Below are positions 59,583 to 64,000 of a stretch of 64,000 bases of DNA, one piece after another (the first letter of the stretch is position 1; every line of letters begins with the position of its first letter). A program made the position numbers and the translations under genes. The stretch is taken from the NCBI RefSeq assembly GCF_009914755.1, contig NC_060926.1. One strand, written 5' to 3'. This stretch comes from the human T2T-CHM13v2.0 reference genome, Homo sapiens. The notes beneath the pieces are model-generated. The model made no database searches. It saw only the letters and a program-made list of their open reading frames with translations, and was not told the origin of the DNA.

Positions 59583-60860
59583 GCTTTAGCTAGGATTTCT
59601 GGTACTATGTTAAACAACAGTGGTGACAGGGGGCATCCTTATCATGTTCCAGATCTTAGAGGAAAAGCTTTCCATTTTTCCCCATTCCATATGATTCTAG
59701 CTGTGGGTGTCTTTCCTGTAGTTTTTATTATGTTGCGGTATGTTTCTTCTGTGCCCGTTTCTTTGAGGATTTATAGCATGAAGGGATGTTGAATTTCATC
59801 AAATGCTTTTTCGGTTTCAGTTGACGTGATGATACTGTTTTTGTCGTTTATTTGGTTGATATGATGTATCACATTGTATGTTGAGTGACCCTTGGGTCCC
59901 AGGGATACATCCCACTTGATCATGATGAATTATCTTTCTAATGTATTACTGAATTTGATTCACTGGTATTTTGTTGAGGATTTTTGCATCCATATTAGAG
60001 ATCCTGGCCTGTAGTTTCCTTCTTTGATGCTTTTGTCTGATTTTGGTATCACAGTAATAATGGTCTCACAGAATAAGTTTGGAAGTATTCCCTCCTGTTT
60101 TTCAAAATAGTTTGAGCAGGATTCGTACTAGGTCTTTAAATTGTTTGGTGTGAAGCCATCAGCAGTGAAGACATCAGTTCCTGGGCTTTTCTTTACTGGG
60201 AGACTTTTTCTGATGGCTTCAATCTCATTACTTGTTACCAATCTGTTCTGGTCTTGGATGTTTTCATTGTTTAACCTAAGTAGGTTGTATGCATCTAGGA
60301 ATTTGCCAATTTCTACTAGGCTTTCCAATTTATTGGCATATAGTAGCCAGTTATGATCCTTTGAATTTCTGAAGTATTAGTTGTAATGTCTCCTTTTTTA
60401 ATCTGTTGATTTTATTTATTTGAATCTTGTCTCTTTTCTTAGCCTGGTTAAAAGTTTGTCAATTTTGTTTAGCTTTCCAGAAAACCAACTTTTCATTTAA
60501 TCTTGTATGTTTTTTATTTCAATTTTGTTTGTGCTACGATCTTATTTATTTTCTTATTTTCGGTTTAGTTTGTTCTTTACTAGTTCTTTAAGATGTATTA
60601 TTTGAAGGTTTTCTTTTGTTTGGATGGTAGGCACTTATAGCTGTAAATCTCTGCCTTTGTACTGCTTTCTGCATAACAAGTTTTGGTATACTGTGTTTTC
60701 ATTACCCTTTGTTTCATGAAATTTTTGAATTTCTGTCTTAGTATCTTCATTGATCCGCTAGTCATTTATTCAGGAGGGTAGTGTTTAACTTCCATGTGAT
60801 TGTATTGTTTCCAAAATTGCTTTTCTTATTGATACCTAGTTTTATTCCTTTGTAGTGAAA
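59583..60860 (-). mobile_element. L1 ORF2 internal fragment
   Basis: Minus ORF 60128-60328 FLDAYNLLRLNNENIQDQNRLVTSNEIEAIRKSLPVKKSPGTDVFTA resembles L1 ORF2p (PRLNQEE...KKSPGPDGFTAEF). Confidence 0.9.
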
Positions 60861-60864
60861 GAAG

Positions 60865-62150
60865 ATGGCCACGGAGACAGACAGCAGCGTGGTCAGAGTG
60901 GTAGGAGCCGGCCATCAGCGAGAGCTGCTCCATGCCTGGCTGCTGGGTCCTAGAGCCTGTGGCCCACTGGCTTGCCTCACTGTGGTTGGTGGTGGTGGTG
61001 ACAGAGACTGCAGGACGACCAGATGGTAGGACAGGGGCTATCCAGGGCTGCACCTTTCGCAGTGTGGGGTGGGTTGAGGGCGCTATCCAGGGTGTCATTG
61101 CCTGCATTAGGGGTACTGGTTGGTAGCACTGTACAGGGCTGCACTGCCCACGGCAGGGAGGGTGGGTTATGGGTGCTTTCTGGGGCTGCAATGCCCATGG
61201 AGGAGGACAGGTTAGGGCACTATCGGTTATACGCTACTGGCGGCATTGGGGGACGGAGGTGGGGGGCGCTATTGAGGGCAGGACTAGCAGTGGAGCGGGG
61301 GCGAGTTCGGTGCTATCAGGGGCTGCACTGCTGGTGTCGGTCAACAGAGTTGGCATCCCAGGAAGGAGTGGTTCTCCTCTCCCTGACTCCACACTCCAGA
61401 GGGCGACCCACTCTTGGTCATACTGGAGTGCAGCAGGGCACGCAGCGTTTGCGTGGGAATCCTGAGCATGGCAGAGCCCCCACACCCACCGTGGTTCCTG
61501 GTTCCTGGGCCTGTGTACTGTGGGTCTGTGCCTCAGAGGCTGCCAGGCACCCCTGGGGACACCACGGGGGACAGGGCCCTGTGCGTGGAGGCGTCCGGAA
61601 CAGGAATTGGCACCTGGGTGTGGAGGGCTGGCTGGGTCTGAATTTTTCTGCTTCTCCTGCTCCCCGAGGAGTGCAGCCCCAGTGGGCCCAATGGTTCCTG
61701 TGGAGTGGGGAGCTGGGTGCTGTGGTGTCTCCAGCACCCACCCCAGACCCCAGTTCCTGCCCAGCTTGGGCCAAAAGGAGAGGCTGGACTTTGGAGGGTG
61801 GGTGTGAGTGCCTTTGCTGAAACTGGCCCCTGCCACCCAGTGGCCGGCATGACAAGTTGAGGCTCTAACCCTTCCACCCCTCACGTCTTTCTCTAGGCTT
61901 TTCTGGCTTTGCCCGCCCAGCTGCTCTGTGCCAGGAAGAGGAGGAGACACCTAGAGCCTGCGACACCATGGCTCGCCTCGCTGCGGGTGGGCGGCAGTGA
62001 CGGAGACTGCAGTGCGCCAGAGCGGTAGGAGAGCGGCTGCGCTAGGAGGGCAGGCGGCTGCAGCCAGGGTTGGGGGTCAGGCTTAGAGCGATGGACGGGC
62101 TGCAGCAGTGGCCAGATGGTAGGAGCCTTGTAAGGAGGGCTGGTGCATTG
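60865..62150. repeat. REP522-like degenerate GC-rich repeat, part 2
   Basis: The same gctatc..gggctgcactg motif at 61035-61335, plus recurrent gactgcag...ccagatggtagga. Confidence 0.55.
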
Positions 62151-64000
62151 GCAATGGGCCTGGCTTTGCCCTGCGCCTGCCGTGGATCTGGCCCTGTACT
62201 GCCCTGCCTTGCCCTGTACCTGCCCTACTGTTACTTGGACTCTCGGCCCTGTCCTGCTCTGGTCCCATCCTGACCCTGTCTTGGCCCTGTGCTACCCTGT
62301 CCCTGCCCTGGTCTTGCCCTGGCACTGGCTCTGCCCTGAACCTGCACTGGCCTGACCTTGGCTCTGGCCGTGGCTCTGGCCCTGCCTCTTGTCCTGACCC
62401 TGGTCGTGTCATGGCACTGGCCCTGCCAATGGTCATGGTCCTGCTCCTGTTCTGGCCCTGACCTGGCCTTGGACATGTCCTGGCCCTGCTTTGGCCCATC
62501 CCTGCCCTGGCCCCACCATGGGCCTGCCTGTTCTGCCCTCTCCTGGCACTGACCTTGCCCTGTCATGGCCCAGTGGTGCCATTGCCCTGCCTTACCCTGC
62601 GCTGGTTGTGACTTGGCCCCGCTTGGTGCTGGCCGCTCCCTGGACCTGCCCTGGACCTGCCCTGACCCTGCCCTTGGCTTTTGCCCTGCCCTCACTGTGG
62701 CCTGGCCCTGGCCCTAGCCCTGGTCCTGCCATATCCCTGGCCCTGCCCTTATCCAGGCCCTGCCCCTGCTGCTGCCCTGGCCCTGGCCTGGAACCTGGTC
62801 CTGTCAAGGACCTGCCCTGACTCTGCCATGGCCCTGGCCCTGCTCTGCCTTGTTCCTGGCCCTGACCCAGACCCAGACCCTTTCCTGGCTCTGCACTGGA
62901 CTTTCCCTGGCCCTGAGCTGGCAATGGTCTGCCCCTGGTCTTGCCATCACCCTGCCCTGCTGCGCTCTGGATGTGTCATCACCCTGCCCTGGCCCTACTC
63001 TGCCTTTGACCCTGCCCTGGCCTTACCTTGGCCCTCACCCTAGTCTTCGCTAGACCCTGCTCTGGAGCTGGCCCTAGCACAGACCTGGCCCTGATCCTGG
63101 CCGTGGTCTTTGTCCTGCCATAGCCCTGGCCCTGAAGTGGACTTGGAGGTGTCCTGGCCCCGGCATAACATGGCTCTGCATTGGCCTGTCCCTGCCCTGC
63201 CGCTACCATCTCCTTGCCCTGCTCTGTCCTGTCCCAGTACTGTCCCGGCCGTGCTATTTCCCTTCCCTACCCTGCCTTGGCTGTGCCCTGGCTCGGTTCT
63301 GGCCCTGGCCCCGGCCCTGCCCTGGACATGCTCTGACACTGCCTCAGCCTCGGCACTAGCCTGGCTCTTTCTTGGCATCAGCTCTGCTCTCTCTGTGGAC
63401 CGGCTCTTGTCCTGTCCTGCACTGGCCATACCATGCCCTGCCCTGCCCTGCCCTGACTCAGTCCTGGCTCAGCCCTGGCCCAACCTTGGCCTTGGCATTG
63501 CCCCTGGTCATGCCATATTTCTTGCCCTGTCCCTACCCTGGCCTTGGCCCTGACCCTTACCTTGCTGTGGCCCTGCCCTTGCCCTAACGCAGCCCCTGGC
63601 CCTGTCATGGCCCTGCCCTGGACCTGTCCTGGCCCTGGCCCTTCCCTGCTTGAGAACTTGCCCTGGTTCTCCCCTGGCCCTGACCCTGAAATGCCTGGCC
63701 CTACCCTGGCCTTGCACTGCTCTGGCCCTTGCCCTGACTCTGGTCCTGTCACTGGCCTAGCCCCAGCCCTGTTGCTGGTCTTACCATGGCCCAGACCCTG
63801 CCTTGGCCCTGCCCTGACACTGTCCTGGACCCTGGCTGTGCCAAGAACCTGCACTGTCCTTGCCATTGTTTTGCTCCTGCCCCGAACCTGGTCTTCCCCA
63901 GGCCGTGGCCGTGGCCCTGGCCCTGGCCCTGCCCAGGTCTTGGCACTGTCCTGGCCCCGCCCTGCCCTGGCCCTATGCTTTCCTGGCCCTGCCTTGCCGG
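62150..64000. repeat. Degenerate CCCTG/CCCTGG (CAGGG) repeat field, runs off the window end
   Basis: Over 1.8 kb dominated by gccctg, tggccctg and gaccctg units with strong C-strand asymmetry. Confidence 0.9.

Noticed and set aside
61023-63946. Many Gly/Gln/Pro/Ala/Leu-rich ORFs
   Set aside because: Direct translations of CCCTG and REP522-like repeats.
58980-64000. Head-to-head telomere fusion site
   Set aside because: Strand bias flips from G-rich to C-rich, but there are no TTAGGG or CCCTAA arrays; the units are CCCTG/CCCTGG.

Overview
This is human-type (primate) genomic DNA: Alu/L1/MaLR-rich, with no prokaryotic features. It reads as a mosaic segmental-duplication region, probably pericentromeric 2p11.2 (location inferred, not verified). 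Left part (1-~45 kb): repeat-rich sequence with an old processed DBF4 pseudogene (~11.3-12.9 kb), a complete THE1 MaLR element with target-site duplications (TSDs), and a repeat-poor unique stretch (~28.6-40.5 kb). Middle (~45-50 kb): a single, structurally intact IGKV3-family V gene segment (promoter, leader, intron, V exon, perfect 12-RSS) with no other V, J or C segment recognised in the window, i.e. an orphon. Right part (~50-64 kb): a GC-rich, subtelomere-like block with CpG islands, an interstitial TAR1 element with a remodelled 18/26-bp VNTR and no TTAGGG array, REP522-like degenerate repeats split by an L1, and a long CCCTG/CAGGG repeat field. I found no new protein-coding system; nearly all listed ORFs are repeat-derived or chance. 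The main interest is the duplication architecture and the fossil evidence it preserves. Repeat family names come from recalled consensus sequences, and many boundaries are approximate.
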